A DNA stretch of 64,000 nt from Squalus acanthias (lineage: Eukaryota): the NCBI GenBank assembly GCA_030390025.1, contig JASTWF010000034.1:3162001-3226000 (forward strand), written 5' to 3'. The notes under the pieces are model-generated. The model worked only from the letters and a program-made list of their open reading frames with translations, was not told the DNA's origin and made no database searches. Every line of letters starts with the position of its first letter. The stretch's first letter is position 1. Shown here piece after piece: positions 23,801-39,080 of the stretch. The position numbers were made by a program, and so were the translations under genes.

Positions 23801-26722
23801 GCCCTCTACAAAGAGGAGTAAAGTTACAGTTAATTGTTAATTTGACATGACACCCTCAACACCGGGAATAAAGTTACCGTTAATTGTTAATTTAGAAATG
23901 ACTCCCTCAACACCGGGAACTACAGTTACAGTTACTTGTTAATTTGATATGATACACTCTACACCAGGGAATAAAGTTAGAGTCAATTGTTAATCAGACA
24001 TGTTGCCCACTAAACTGGGGAATATATTTAAAGTTATTTTTTAATATGTCATGAAAACCCCTACACTGGGGAATAAAGTTGAAGTTGATTGTTAATTTTA
24101 CATGATACCCTCTACGCTGGGGAACAAAGTTACAGTTGATTGTTAATGTTACATGATAACCTCTACACCGGGGAATAAAGTTACATTAAATTTTTAATTT
24201 AGATATGATGCCCTCTACACCGGGGAATAAAGTTACAGTGAATTGTGAATTTTGAAATGATTCCCTCTAAACCGGGGAATAAAGTTACACTTAATTGATA
24301 ATTTGACATGATACACTGTACACCGGGGAATGAAGTTACAGTTAATTGTTAATTTGGCATAATACACTCTACATCTGGGAAGGAAGTGACAGTTAATTGT
24401 TAATTTGACATGATGCCCTCTACACAAGGGAATACATTTACATTGAATTGTTAATTTAGACATGATTCCCGGTATTCCAGGGAATGAAGTTACAGTTAAT
24501 TGTTAATTTGACATGATACCCTCTACACTGGGAATAAAGTTACACTTAATTTTTAATTTAGAAATGAATCCCTCTAAACCGGGGAATAAAGTTGCACTTA
24601 ATTCTTAATTTGACACGATGCCCTCTACACTGGGGTATAAAGTTTCAGTTAATTGTTAATTTCGACAGGATGCCCTCTACATTGGTGAATATAATTACAG
24701 TTAATTTTTAATTTAGACATGATACCTTCTAAACTGGGGAATAAGTGAAAGTTAATTTTTAATTTGTCATGATAACCTCTACACTGGGGAATAAAGTTGT
24801 GGTTGTCTGTTAATTTGACATAATTTCCTCTAAACCGGGGTATAAAGTTACAGTAAATTGTTAATTTAGACATGATACCCTTTACATCCTGTAATAAAGT
24901 TAAAATCAATTTTTAATTTGACATGATACTCCCTACATCGGGTAATAAAGTTACAGTAAATTGTTAACTGAGACATGATACCCTCTGCACCGGGCAATAA
25001 ACTTACAGTTAATTGTTAATTTAGACATGAGTCCCTCTACACCAGGGAATAACGTTACAGTTAATTGTTAATTTAGACAGGATTCCCACTACACCGGGGA
25101 ATAAAGTTATAGTTAATTGTTAATTTCGACATGATGCCATCTAGACTGGGGAATAAAGTTACAGTTAATTGTTAATTAGACATGATACATTCTACACAGT
25201 TGAATAAAGTTACAGTTAATTGTTAATTTAGACATAATTCCTTCTACATAGGGGAATAAAGTTACAGTTAACTGTTAAGTTGTCATGATGCCCTCTACAC
25301 CAGTGAATATAGTTACACGTAATATTTAATTTGAAATGATGCCCTCTACACCGGGGAATAAAGTTACAGTTAATTGTTAAATTCGACATGATGCCATCTT
25401 GACTGGGGAATAAAGTTAAAGTTAATTGGTAAGTGAGACATGATTCCCTGCACACCGGGGAATAAAGTTACAGTGAATTGTTAATTCAGAAATAAATCCC
25501 TCTAAACCGGGGAATAAAGTTACACTTCATTGTTAATTTGACATGACGCCCTCTTCACCGGGGTATACAGTTTCAGTAAATCTTTAATTTCGACAGGAGG
25601 CCCTCTACATTGGTGAATAAAATTACAGTTAATTTTTAATTTAGACATGATACCTTCTAAACTGGGGAATAAAGTTAAAGTTAATTTTTAATTTGTCAAG
25701 ATGCCCTCTACATAATGGAATATAGTTACGGTTAATTGCTAATATTGACATGATACCCTGTATACCGGGGAATAAAGTTACAGTTAATTGTTAATTTAGA
25801 CATGATTCCCTGCACACCATAGAATAAAGTTGCAGTCAATTGCTAATTGTGACATGAGATCCTCTACAATTTGGAATAATGTTACAGTTAATTGTTAATT
25901 TTGCCATGATGCCCACTACACTGGGGAATAAATTTAAATTTAACTTTTAATTTGTCATGATAACCTCTACACCAGGGACTAAAGTTACAGTTAATTGTAA
26001 ATTTAGACATGATACCTTCTGTACAGGGGAATAAAGTTACAGTAAATTGCTAATTTAGACAGGATTCCCTGCACACCGGGGAATAAAGTTACAGTTAATT
26101 GTTAAATTCGACATGATGCCCTCTACACCAGTGAATATAGTGACACTTAATATTTAATTTGAAATGATGCCCTCGCCAAAGGGGAATAAAGTTACAGTTA
26201 ATTGTTCATTTGACATGATGCCATCTTGACTGGGGAATAAAGTTACATTTAATTGTTAATTTAGACAACATTTCTTCTACATCGGGGAATAAAGTTACAT
26301 TTCATTGTTAAATTGACATGATGCCCTCTACACCAGTGAATATAGTTACACTTAATAATTAATTTGAAATGATGCCCTCGACGACGGGGAATAAAGTTAA
26401 GGTTAATTGTTAAATTCGACATGATGCTATCTTGACTGTGGAATAAAGTTATAGTAAATGGTTAATTTAGACGTGATATATTCGACACAGTTGAATAAAG
26501 TTACATTTAATTGTTAATTTAGACATTATTCCCTGCACACCGGGGAATAACGTTTCAGTCAATTGCTAATTATGACATGATACCCTCTGCACCAGGGAAT
26601 AATTTTACAGTTAATTGTTAATTTTGACATGAAGCCGTCTACACCGGGTAATAAAGTACAAGTCAATTTTTAATTTGACATGACCCCTCGGCACCGGGGA
26701 ATAATTAATTATCAATTGTTAA
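14870..26722. repeat. Tandem segmental duplication inside the satellite (~14870-21308 vs ~21310-26722)
   Basis: Rare variants recur in the same order: CCTGCTACATCGAG at 14928 and 21374, AGTACAAGTC at 21241 and 26655. Paired ORFs give offsets of 6447, 5776, 5725 and 5414. Confidence 0.88.
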
Positions 26723-29700
26723 GTTAGGCATGAAACCCTCTACAGCAGGGAGTAAATCTGCAGTGAATTGTTAATTTGACATGATATCCTCTACACTGGG
26801 GAATAATGTTAAAGTTAAATGTTAATTTGACATGTTGCGCTGCATTGGAGAATAAAGTTACAGTTAATTGTTAATTTGACAATATGCACTCTACATCGGC
26901 GAGTTTAGTTACAGTTAATTGTTAATTTAAACATGATGCCCTCTACACGGGGGAATAAATTTTCAGTTAATTGTTAATTTAGACACGATACCTTCTGCAC
27001 AGGGGAATAACGTTACAATTAATTGTTAATTTAGACATGATTCCCTGCACAAAGTAGAATAAAGTTTCAGACAATTGCTAATTTTGACATGATGTCCTCA
27101 ACACTTTGGAATAATGTTACAAATAATTGCTAATTTTGCCATGATGCCCACTACACTGGGGAATAAATTTAAATTTCATCTTTAATTTGTCATGAAAACC
27201 TCTACACTGGGAATAAAGTTATAGTTGATTGTTAATTTTAAATATTAACCTCTACACCGCGGAATAAAGTTACAGTTGGTTGTTAATTTTACATGGTACC
27301 TTCTACACAGGGGAAAAAAGTTACAGTTAATTATTAATTTAGACATGATTCCCTTCACACAATGGAATAAAGTTTCAGTCATTTGCTAATTTTGGCATGA
27401 TACCCTCTACACTGTGGAATAACGTTACAGTTAATTGTTAATGTTGAAATGAAGCCCCCTACACCGGGGACTAAAGTTACAGTTACTTGTTAATTTGACA
27501 TGATACACTCTACACCGGGGAATAAACTTAGAGTTATTTGTTAATTTGTCATAAAAACCTCTAAACTGTGGAATAAAGTTATAGTTGATTGTTAATTTTA
27601 CATGATACCCTCTACACTGTGGAACAAAGTTACAGATGATTGTTAATTTTACATGATAACCTCTATACCGGGGAATACAGTTACATTAAATGTAAATTTA
27701 GATATGATAGCCTCTACATCGAGGAATAAGATTACAGATAAATTTTAAATTGACATGATGCCCTCTACGCCGGGGAATAAAGTTACAGTGAACTTTTAAT
27801 TTGACATGATACACTCTACACCTGGGAAGGAACTTACAGTTAATTGTTAATTTTGACATGAAGCCATCTACACCGGGAACTACAGTTACAGTTACTTGTT
27901 AATTGGACATGATACCCTCTACATCGGGGAATAAAGTTAGAGTTAATTATTAATTTTACATGATGCCCACTAAACTGGGTATATATTTAAATTTACTTTT
28001 TTAATTTGTCACGATAACCTCTACACTGTGGAATAAAGTTAAAGTTGATTGTTAATTTTACATGATACCCTCTACACGGGGAATAAAGTTACATTAATTG
28101 TTAAATTAGATATGATACCTCTTTAATACCGAGGAATAAGGTTACAGGTAAATGTTAATTTGACATGATGCCCTCTACACCGGGGAATAAAGTTACAGTG
28201 AATTGTTAATTTCGAAATGATTCCTCTAAACCGGGGAATAAAGTTACACTTAATTGTAAATTTGACATGATGTCCTGTACACCTGGGTATAAAGTTTCAG
28301 TTAATTGTTAATTTCGACAGGAGGCCCTCTACATTGGTGAATAAAATTACAGTTAATTGTTAATTTTACATGACACCCTCTACAGCGGGGAATAAATTTT
28401 CAGTTAATTGTTAATTTAGACATGATACCTTCTGCACAGTGGAATAAAGTTACAGTTAATTGTTAATTTAGACATGATTCCCGGCAAACCGGGGAATAAA
28501 GTTACAGTTAATTGTTAATTTAGACATGATTCCCTCCACACAATGGAAAAAATGTTTCAGTCAATTTCTAATTTTGACATGATACCCTCTACACTGTGGA
28601 ATAATGTTACAGTTAATTGTTAATTTTGACATGAAGCCATCTACACCGGGAACTACAGTTACAGTTACTTGTTAATTGGACATGATACCCTCTACATCGG
28701 GGAATAAAGTTAGAGTTAATTATTAATTTTACATGATGCCCACTAAACTGGGGTATATATTTAAATTTACTTTTTTAATTTGTCACGATAACCTCTACAC
28801 TGTGGAATAAAGTTAAAGTTGATTGTTAATTTTACATGATATCCTCTACACGGGGAAATAAAGTTACATTAAATTGTTAAATTAGATATGATACCCTCTT
28901 TAATACCGAGGAATAAGGTTACAGGTAAATGTTAATTTGACATGATGCCCTCTACACCGGGGAATAAAGTTACAGTGAATTGTTCATTTTGAAATGATTC
29001 CCTCTAAACCGGGGAATAAAGTTACACTTAATTGTTAATTTGACATTATACACTCTACACCGGGGAATGAATTTACATTAATTGTTAATTTGACATGATA
29101 CACTCTATATTGGTGAATAAAATTACAGTTAATTTTTAATTTAGACATGATACCTTCTAAACTGGGGAATAAACTGAAAGTTAATTTTTAATTTGTCATG
29201 ATAAACTCTACACTGGGGAATAAAGATATAGTTGACTGTTAATTTGACATGATACCCTCTAAACCGGGGAATAAAGTTACACTTAATTGTTAATTTGACA
29301 TTATACACTCTACACCGGGGAATTAATTTACAGTTAATTGTTCATTTGACATGATACACTCTATATTGGTGAATAAATTTACAGTTAATTTTTAATTTAG
29401 ACATGATACCTTCTAAACTGAGGAATAAGCTGAAAGTTAATATTTAATTTGTCATGATAAACACTACACTGGGGAATAAAGATATAGTTGACTGTTAATT
29501 TGACATGATACCCTCTAAATCGGGGTATTAAGTTACAGTGAATTGTTAATTTCGTCATGATACCCTCTACATCCTGTAATAAAGTTACAATCAGTTTTTA
29601 ATTTAACATGATACTTCCTACATCAGGTAATAAAGTTACAGTACATTTTTAACTGAGACATGATACCCTTTGCACCTGGGAATAAACTTACAGTTAATTG

Positions 29701-32700
29701 TTAATTTGACATGATTCACTATACACCAGGGAATAAAGTTACTGTGAATTGTTACTTTAGACATGATACCTTCTACATCGTTGAATAAATTTACCGTTAA
29801 TTGTTAATTTAGACATAATTCCTTCTACATCGGGGAGTAAAGATACAGTTCAATGTTAAATTGACATGATGCCCTCTACAGCAGTGAATATAGTTACACT
29901 TAATATTTAATTTGAAATGATGCCCTCGACAACGGGGAATAAAGTTACAGTTATTTGTTAAATTCGACATGATGCCATCTTGACTGGGGAATAAAGTTAG
30001 TTAATTGTTAGTTTAGACATGATGCCTTCTACACCGGGGAATTAAGTTACAGTGAATTGTTAATTTAGAAATTATTCACTCTAAACCGGGGAATAAAGTT
30101 ACACTTAATTGTTAATTTGACATGATGCCCTCTACACCGGGGTATAAAGTTTCAGTTAATTGTTGATTTCGACAGGAGCACCTCTACATTGGTGAATAAA
30201 ATTACAGTTAATTTTTAATTTAGACATGATACCTTCTAAACTGGAGAATAAAGTTAAAGTTAATTTTTAAATTGTTATGATGTCATCTACACCGGGGAAT
30301 ATAGTTACGGTTAGTTGCTAATTTTGTCATGATACCCTGTATACCGGGGAATAAAGTTACAGTTAATTGTTAATTTAGACATGATTCCCTGCACACCATA
30401 GAATAAAGTTACAGTCAATTGCTAATTTTGCCATGATGCCCACTACACTGGGAAATAACTTTAAATTTAATTTCCAATTTGTCATGATAACCTCTACACT
30501 GGGAATAAAGTTAAAGTTGATTGTTAATTTTACATGATACCCTCTACACCGGGTAATAAAATTTCAGTTAATTGTTAATTTAGACATGATACCTTCTGTA
30601 CAAGGGAATAAAGTTACAGTTCATTGTTAATTTAGACATGATTCCCTGCACACCGGGGAATAAAGTTACAGTTAATTGTTAATTTAGACATGATTCCCTC
30701 CACACATTGGAATAAAATTTCAGTCAATTTCTAATTTTGACAGGATACCCTCTACACTGTGGAATAATGTTACAGTTAATTGTTAATATTGACATGAAGC
30801 CAGCTACACCGGGGACTACAGTTAGAGTTACTTGTTAATTGAACATGATACACTCTACGACGGGGAAAAAAGTTAGAGTCAATTGTTAATTTGACATGAT
30901 GCCCACTAAACTGGGGAATAAATTTAAAGTTATTTATTTAATTTGTCATGAAAACCTCTACACTGTGGAATAAAGTTAAAGTTGATTGTTAATTTTACAT
31001 GATACCCTCTACACTGGGGAACAAAGTTACAGTTGATTGTTAATGTTACATGATTACCTATACACGGGGGAATAAAGTTACTTTAAATTGTTAAATTATA
31101 TATGATGCCCTCTACACCGAGGAATAAGGTATACAGTTAAATGTTAATTTGACATGATGCCCTCTACACCTGGGATTAAAGTTACAGTGAATTGTTAATT
31201 TTGAAATGATTCCCTCTAAACCGGGGAATAATGTTACACTTAATTGTTAATTTGACATTATACACTCTACACCGGGGAATGAAGTTACAGTTAATTGTTA
31301 ATTTGACATGATACACTCTATATTGGTGAATAAAATTACGGTTAATTTTTAATTTAGACATGATACCTTCTAAACTGGGGAATAAACGGAAAGTGAATTT
31401 TTAATTTGTCATGATAACCTCTACACTGGGGAATAAAGATATAGTTGACTGTTAATTTGACATGGTACCCTCTAAACCGGGGTATAAAGTTACAGTGAAT
31501 TGTTAATTTCGTCATGATACCCTCTACATCGTGTAATAAAGTTACAGTAAATTGTTAACTGAGACATGATACCCTCTGGACCGGGGAATAAACTTACAGT
31601 TACTTGTTAATTTGACATGATTCACTATACACCAGGGAATAACGTTACAGTTAATTGTTAATTTAGACATGATTCCTTCTACAGCGGGGAATAAAGTTAC
31701 AGTTAATTGTTAAATTGACGTAATGCCCTCTACACCAGTGAATATAGTTACACTTAATATTTAATTTGAAATGATACCCTCTACAACGGGGAATAAAGTT
31801 ACAGTTAATTGTTAAATTCGACATGATGCCCTCTACACCAGTGAATATAGTTACACTTAATATTTAATTCGAAATGATACCCTCTACAACGGGGAATAAA
31901 GTTACAGTTAATTGTTAAATTCGACATGATGCCATCTTGACTGGGGAATAAAGTTACAGTTAATTGTTAATTTAGACATGATACCTTCTACACAGATGAA
32001 TAAAGTTACAATTAATTGTTAATTTAGAGATGACTCCCTGCACACCGGGGAATAAAGTTTCAGTCAATTGCTAATTATGACATGAAGCACTCTACAACGG
32101 GGAAAAAAGTAAAAGTCAATTTTTAATTTGACATGGTACCCTCGGAACCGGGGAATAATGTAATTATCAATTGTTAATTTAGGCATGAACCCCTCTACAG
32201 CAGGGAGTAAATTTACAGTTAATTGTTAATTTGACATGATATCCTCTACACTGGGGAATAATGTTCAAGTTAATTGTTAATTTGACATGTTGCCTCTGCA
32301 TTGGAGAATAAAGTTACAGTTAATTGTTAATTTGACATTATGCACTCTACATCGGGGAATAAAGTTACAGATAATTGTTAATTTAAACATGATGCCCTCT
32401 ACACTGGGGAATAAAGTTTCAGTTAATTGTTAATTTAGATATGATACCTTCTACACAGTTGAAAAATGTTACAGTTAATTGTTAATTTAGACAGGATTCC
32501 CTCAACACCGGGGAATATAGTTACAGTTAATTGTTGATTTTGAGCTGATACACTCTACATCGGGGGAATAACGTTACAGTTAATTTTTAATTTAGACATA
32601 ATTCCTTCTACATCGGGGAATAAAGTTACAGTTAATTGTTAATTTGACGTGATGCTCTCAACATCAGTGAATATATTTACACTTAACATTTAATTTGAAA

Positions 32701-32989
32701 TGATGCCTCTGCAACGGGGAATAAAGTTACAGTTAATTGTTAATTTGATATGATGCCCTCGACACCGGGGAATAAATGTACAGATAATTGTTAACTTAGA
32801 CATAATGCCCTCTGCACCGGGAATAAAGTTACAGTTAATTGTTAATTGAGACATGATAACCTCTACACCGGGAAATAAAGTAACAGTTGATTGTTAATTT
32901 TGCATGATATCCTCTACACCAGGGAATAAAGTTACAGTTAATTGTTAATTTAGACATGATGCCCTCTACACCGGGGAATAAAGTTACAG

Positions 32990-35900
32990 TTAATTGTAAA
33001 TTTTAACATGATACCTTCTACAAAGGACACTAAAGTTACATTTAATGGTTTATTTAGACATGTTTCCCTCCACACCGGGGAATATAGTTACAGTTAATTG
33101 CTAATTTTGACATAATACCATCCACACCGGGTAATAAAGTTACAGTTAATTGTTAATTTAGACATGATACCCTGTACGCCAGAGAATAAAGTTACAGTTA
33201 ATTGTTGAATTGACATGATACCCTCTACACTGTGGAATATAGATACAGTCATTTTTTTAAAATGAGAATCTCTACACCGGGGAATAAATTTACAGTTAAT
33301 TGTTAATTTCGACATGATACATTCTATACCGGGGAATAAAGTTAAAGTCCATTGTTAATTTGACATGATACCCTCGGCAGCGGGAAATAAAGTAATTGTC
33401 AATTGTTAATTTAGGCATGAAACCCTCTACAGCAGGGAGTAAATTTCCAGTTAATTTTTAATTTGACATGATATAATCTACACTGCGGAATAATGTTAAA
33501 GGTAATTGTTAATTTGACATGTTGCCTCTGCATCAGAGAATAAAGTTACAGTTAATTGTTAATTTGACATTATGCACTCTACATCGGGGAATAAAGTTAC
33601 AGTTAATTGTTAATTTAAACATGATACCTTCTGCACAGGGGAAAAAAAGTTACTCTTAATTGATAAATTGATATGATACCCTCTACACCGGGGAATATCG
33701 TTACAATTAATTGTTAATTTAGACACAATTCCTTCGACATCGGGGAATAAAGTTACAGTTAATTGTTAAATTAACATGATACCCTCTACACCATTGAGTA
33801 TAGTTACACTTAATATTTAATTTTAAATGTTGCCCTCCACAACGGGGAATTAAGTTACAGTTAATTGTTAAATTGACATGATGCCCTCTACACCAGTGAA
33901 TATAGTTACACCTAATATTTAATTTGAAATGATGCGCTACACAACGAGGAATAAATTTAAAGTTAATTGTTAATTTAGACATGAGGCCCTCTACACTCGG
34001 GAATAAAGTTGCAGTTAATTGTTAATTTTGAAATGATGCCCTCTAAACCGGGGAATAAAGTAACGGTTAATTGTTCATTGGATATGATACCCTCTACACC
34101 GGGGAATAAAGTTACAGTTAATTGTTAATTTATACATGATGCCCTCTATACCGGGGAATAAAGTAGCAGTTAATTGTTAATTTTGAAATGATGCCCTCTA
34201 CAACGGGAAATTAAAATTGGAGTTAAGTGTTAATTTGAAATGATGCCCTCTATACCGGTGAATAAAGTTGCAGTTAAATGTGAACTGAAACATCATACCC
34301 TTCACACCGGGGAATATTTTTACAGTTAATTGCAAATTTTGACAGGATGGCCTCTTCACCAAGGAATAAAGTTACAGTTAATTGTTAATTTGACATGATT
34401 CCATCGACATCGGGGAATGAAGTTACAGTTAATTGTTAATTTGATATGATGCCCTCGACACCGGGGAATAAATTTACAGATAATTGTTAATTTAGACATG
34501 ATGCCACTGCACAGGGAATAAAGTTACAGTTAATTGTTAATTGAGACATGATAAACTCTACACCGGGAAATAAAGTTACAGTTAATTGTTAATTGAGACA
34601 TGATATCCTCTACACCAGGGTATACAGTTACAGTTAATTGTCAATTTAGACACAATACCTTCTACACAGGGGAATAAAGTTACAGTTAATTCTAAATTTC
34701 GACACGATACCCTCTACATCGGGAATAAAGTTACTGTCAATTGTTAATTTAGACATGGTTTTCTGTACACAGGGGAATAAAGTTACAGTTAATTGTTAAT
34801 TTAGACATGATTCCCTGCACACCATAGAATAAAGTTACAGTCAATTACTAATTTTGTGATGATATCCTCTACACTATGCAATAATGTTACAGTTAATTGT
34901 TAATTTTGACATGATGCCCACTACACTGGAGAATAAATTTAAATTTAATTTTTAATTTGTCATGAAAACCTCTACACTGGGAATAATGTTATAGTTGATA
35001 GTTAATATTACATGATATCCTCTACACCGGGGAATAAAGTTACAATTAATTGTTAATTTAGACATGATTCCCTGCACACCGTAGAATAAAGTTACAGTTA
35101 ATTGTTAATTTTGACATGAAGCCCACTACACCGTGAACTAAAGTTGCAGTTACTGGTTAATTTGACATGATACACTCTACACCGGGGAGCACAGTTAGAG
35201 TTAATTGTTAATTTGACATGATGCCCACTTAACTGTGCAATATATTTAAAGTTATATTTTAATTTGTCATGAAAACCTTTACACTGGGGAATAAAGTTAC
35301 AGTTGATTCTTAATTTTACATGATATGCTCGACACCGGGTAATAAAATTTCAGTTAATGGTTAATTTAGACATGATACCTTCTGTAAAAGGGAATAAAGT
35401 TACAGTTAATTGTTAATTTAGACATGATTCACTGCACACCGGGGAATAAAGTTACAGTTAATTGTTAATTTAGACATGATTCCCTCCACACATTGGAATA
35501 AAGTTTCAGTCAATTTCTAATTTTGACATGATACCCTCTACACTGTGGAATAATGTTACAGTTAATTGTTAATATTGACATGAAGCCCTCTACACCGGGG
35601 ACTACAGTTAGAGTTACTTGTTAATTGGACATGATACACTCTACGCCGGGGAATAAAGTTAGAGTTCATTGTTAATTTGACTTGATGCCTACTAAACTGG
35701 TAAATATATTTAAAGTTATTTTTTACATTTGTCAAGAAAACCTCTATACTGTGGAATAAAGTTAAAGTTGATTGTTAATTTTACATGATACCCTCTACAC
35801 TGGGGAACAAAGTTACAGTTGATTGTTAATGTTACATGTTTACCTCTACACGGGGAAATAAAGTTACTTCAAATTGTTAAATTAGATATCATGCCCTCTA

Positions 35901-38900
35901 AACCGGGGAATAAAGTTACAGTGAATTGTTAATTTGACATGATGCCCTCTACACCGGGGAATAAAGTTACAGTGAATTGTTAATTTTGAAATGATACCCT
36001 CTAAATCGGGGAATAATGTTACACTTAATTGTTCATTTGACAATATACACTCTACACCGGGGAATGAAGTTACAGTTAATTATTAATTTGACATGATACA
36101 CTCTATATTGATGAATAAAATTAAAGTTAATTTTTAATTTAGACATGATACCTTCTAAACTGGGGAATAAACGGAAAGTGAATTTTTAATTTGTCATGAA
36201 AACCTCTACACTGGGGAACAAAGATATAGTTGACTGTTAATTTGACATGATACCCTCTAAACCGGGGTATAAAGTTACAGTGAATTTTTAATTTCGTCAT
36301 GATACCCTCTACATCCTGTAATAAAGTTACAGTAAATTGTAACTGAGACATGATAATCTCTGGACAGGGGAATAAACTTACAGTTACTTGTTAATTTGGC
36401 ATGATTCACTATACACCAGGGAATAAAGTTACAGTTAATTGTTAATTTAGACATGATTCACTATACACCAGGGAATAACGTTACAGTTAATTGTTAATTT
36501 AGACATGATTCCTTCTACATCGGGGAATAAAGTTACAGTTAATTGTTAAATTGACATAATGCCCTCTACACCAGTGAATATAGTTACACTTAATATTTAA
36601 TTTGAAATGATACCCTCTACAACGGGGAATAAAGTTACAGTTAATTGTTAAATTCGACATGATGCCCTCTACACCAGTGAATATAGTTACACTTAATATT
36701 TAATTTGAAATGATATCCTCTACAACGGGGAATAAAGTTACAGTTAATTGTTAATTTTAACATGACACCTTCTACAAAGACACTAAAGTTACATTTAATG
36801 GTTTATTTAGACATGATTCGCTCCACACAGGGGCATATAGTTACAGTTAATTGCTAATTTTGACAGAATACCATCCACACCGGGTAATAAAGTTACAGTT
36901 AATTGTTAATTTAGACATGATACCTTGTACAACAGAGAATAATGTTACAGTTAATTGTTGAATTAACATGATACCCTCTACACTGTGGAATATAGTTACA
37001 GTCAGTTTTTTAACATGATAATCTCTACACCGGGGAATAAATTTACAGTTAATTGTTAATTTCGACATGATACATTCTACACCGGGGAATAAAGTTAAAG
37101 TCCATTGTTAATTTGACATGATACCCTCGGCAGCGGGAATAAAGTAATTGTCAATTGTTAATTTAGGCATGAAACCCTCTACAGCAGGGAGTAAATTTAC
37201 AGTTAATTGTTAATTTGACATGATATCATCTGCACTGGGGAATAATGTTAAAGGTAATTGTTAATTTGACATGTTGCCTCTGCATCAGAGAATAAAGTTA
37301 CAGTTAATTGTTAATTTGACATTATGCACTCTACATTGGGGAATAAAGTTACAGTTAATTGTTAATTTAAACATGATACCTTCTGCACAGGGGAAAAAAG
37401 TTACTCTTAATTGATAAATTGATATGATACCCTCTACACCGGGGAATATCGTTACAGTTAATTGTTAATTTAGACATAATTCCTTCGACATCGGGGAATA
37501 AAGTTACAGTTAATTGTTAAATTAACATGATACCCACTACACCAGTGAGTATAGTTACACTTAATATTTAATTTTAAATGTTGCCCTCCACAACGGGGAA
37601 TTAAGTTACAGTTAATTGTTAAATTGACATGATGCCCTCTACACCAGTGAATATAGTTACACCTAATATTTAATTTGAAATGATGCGCTACACAACGAGG
37701 AATAAAGTTAAAGTTAATTGTTAATTTAGACATGAGGCCCTCTACACTCGGGAATAAAGTTGCAGTTAATTGTTAATTCTGAAATGATGCCCTCTACACC
37801 GGGGAATAAAGTTACAGTTAATTGTTCATTGGATATGATACCCTCTACACCGGGGAATAAAGTTACAGTTAATTGTTAATTTAGACATGATGCCCTCTAT
37901 ACCGGGGAATAAAGTAGCAGTTAATTGTTAATTTTGAAATGATGCCCTCCACAATGGGAAATTAAAATTGGAGTTAAGTGTTAATTTGAACTTATGCCTT
38001 CTATACCGGAGAATAAAGTTGCAGTTAAATGTGAACTGAAACATCATACCCTTCACACCGGGCAATATTTTTACAGTTAATTGCAAATTTTGACAGGATG
38101 GCCTCTTCACCGAGGAATAAAGTTACAGTTAATTGTTAATTTAGAGATGATACCCTCTACGCCGGGGAATAAAGTTACAGTTAATTGTTAATTTGACATG
38201 ATTCCCTCGACACCGGGGAATAAAGTTACAGTTAATTGTTAATTTGATATGATGCCCTCGACACCGGGAATAAAGTTACAGTTAATTGTTAATTGAGACA
38301 TGATAACCTCTACACCGGGAAATAAAGTAACAGTTGATTGTAAATTTTGCATGATATCCTCTACACAAGGGAATAAAGTTACAGTTAATTGTTAATTTAG
38401 ACATGATACCTTCTACACAGGGGAATAAAGTTACAGTTAATTGTAAATTTCGACACGATACCCTCTACATCGGGAATAAAGATACTGTCAATTGTTAATT
38501 TAGACATGGTTTTCTGTACACAGGGGAATAAAGTTACAGTTAATTGTTAATTTAGACATGATTCCCTGCACACCATAGAATAAAGTTACAGTCAATTGCT
38601 AATTTTGTGATGATATCCTCTACACTATGGAATAATGTTACAGTTAATTGTTAATTTTGACATGATGCCCACTACACTGGAGAATAAATTTAAATTTAAT
38701 TTTTAATTTGTCATGAAAACCTCTACAGTGGGAATAATGTTACAGTTGATAGTTAATTGTGCATGATATCCTCTACACCGAGGAATAAAGTTACAATTAA
38801 TTGTTAATTTAGACATGATTCCCTGCACACCGTAGAATAAAGTTACAGTTAATTGTTAATTTTGACATGAAGCCCACTACACCGGGAACTAAAGTTGCAG

Positions 38901-39080
38901 TTACTTGTTAATTTGACATGATACACTCTACACCGGGGAGCACAGTTAGAGTTAATTGTTAATTTGACATGATGCCCACTTAACTGGGCAATATATTTAA
39001 AGTTATATTTTAATTTGTCATGAAAACCTTTACACTGGGGAATAAAGTTACAGTTGATTGTTAATTTTAAATGATACCTT
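32990..39080. repeat. ~2.3-kb block duplicated at ~3751-bp offset (~32990-35330 vs ~36740-39080)
   Basis: Paired ORFs 33094/36847 and 33719/37470. Shared variants such as GACATGGTTTTCTGTACAC and ATGCCCACTTAACTG recur at the same offset. Confidence 0.85.
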
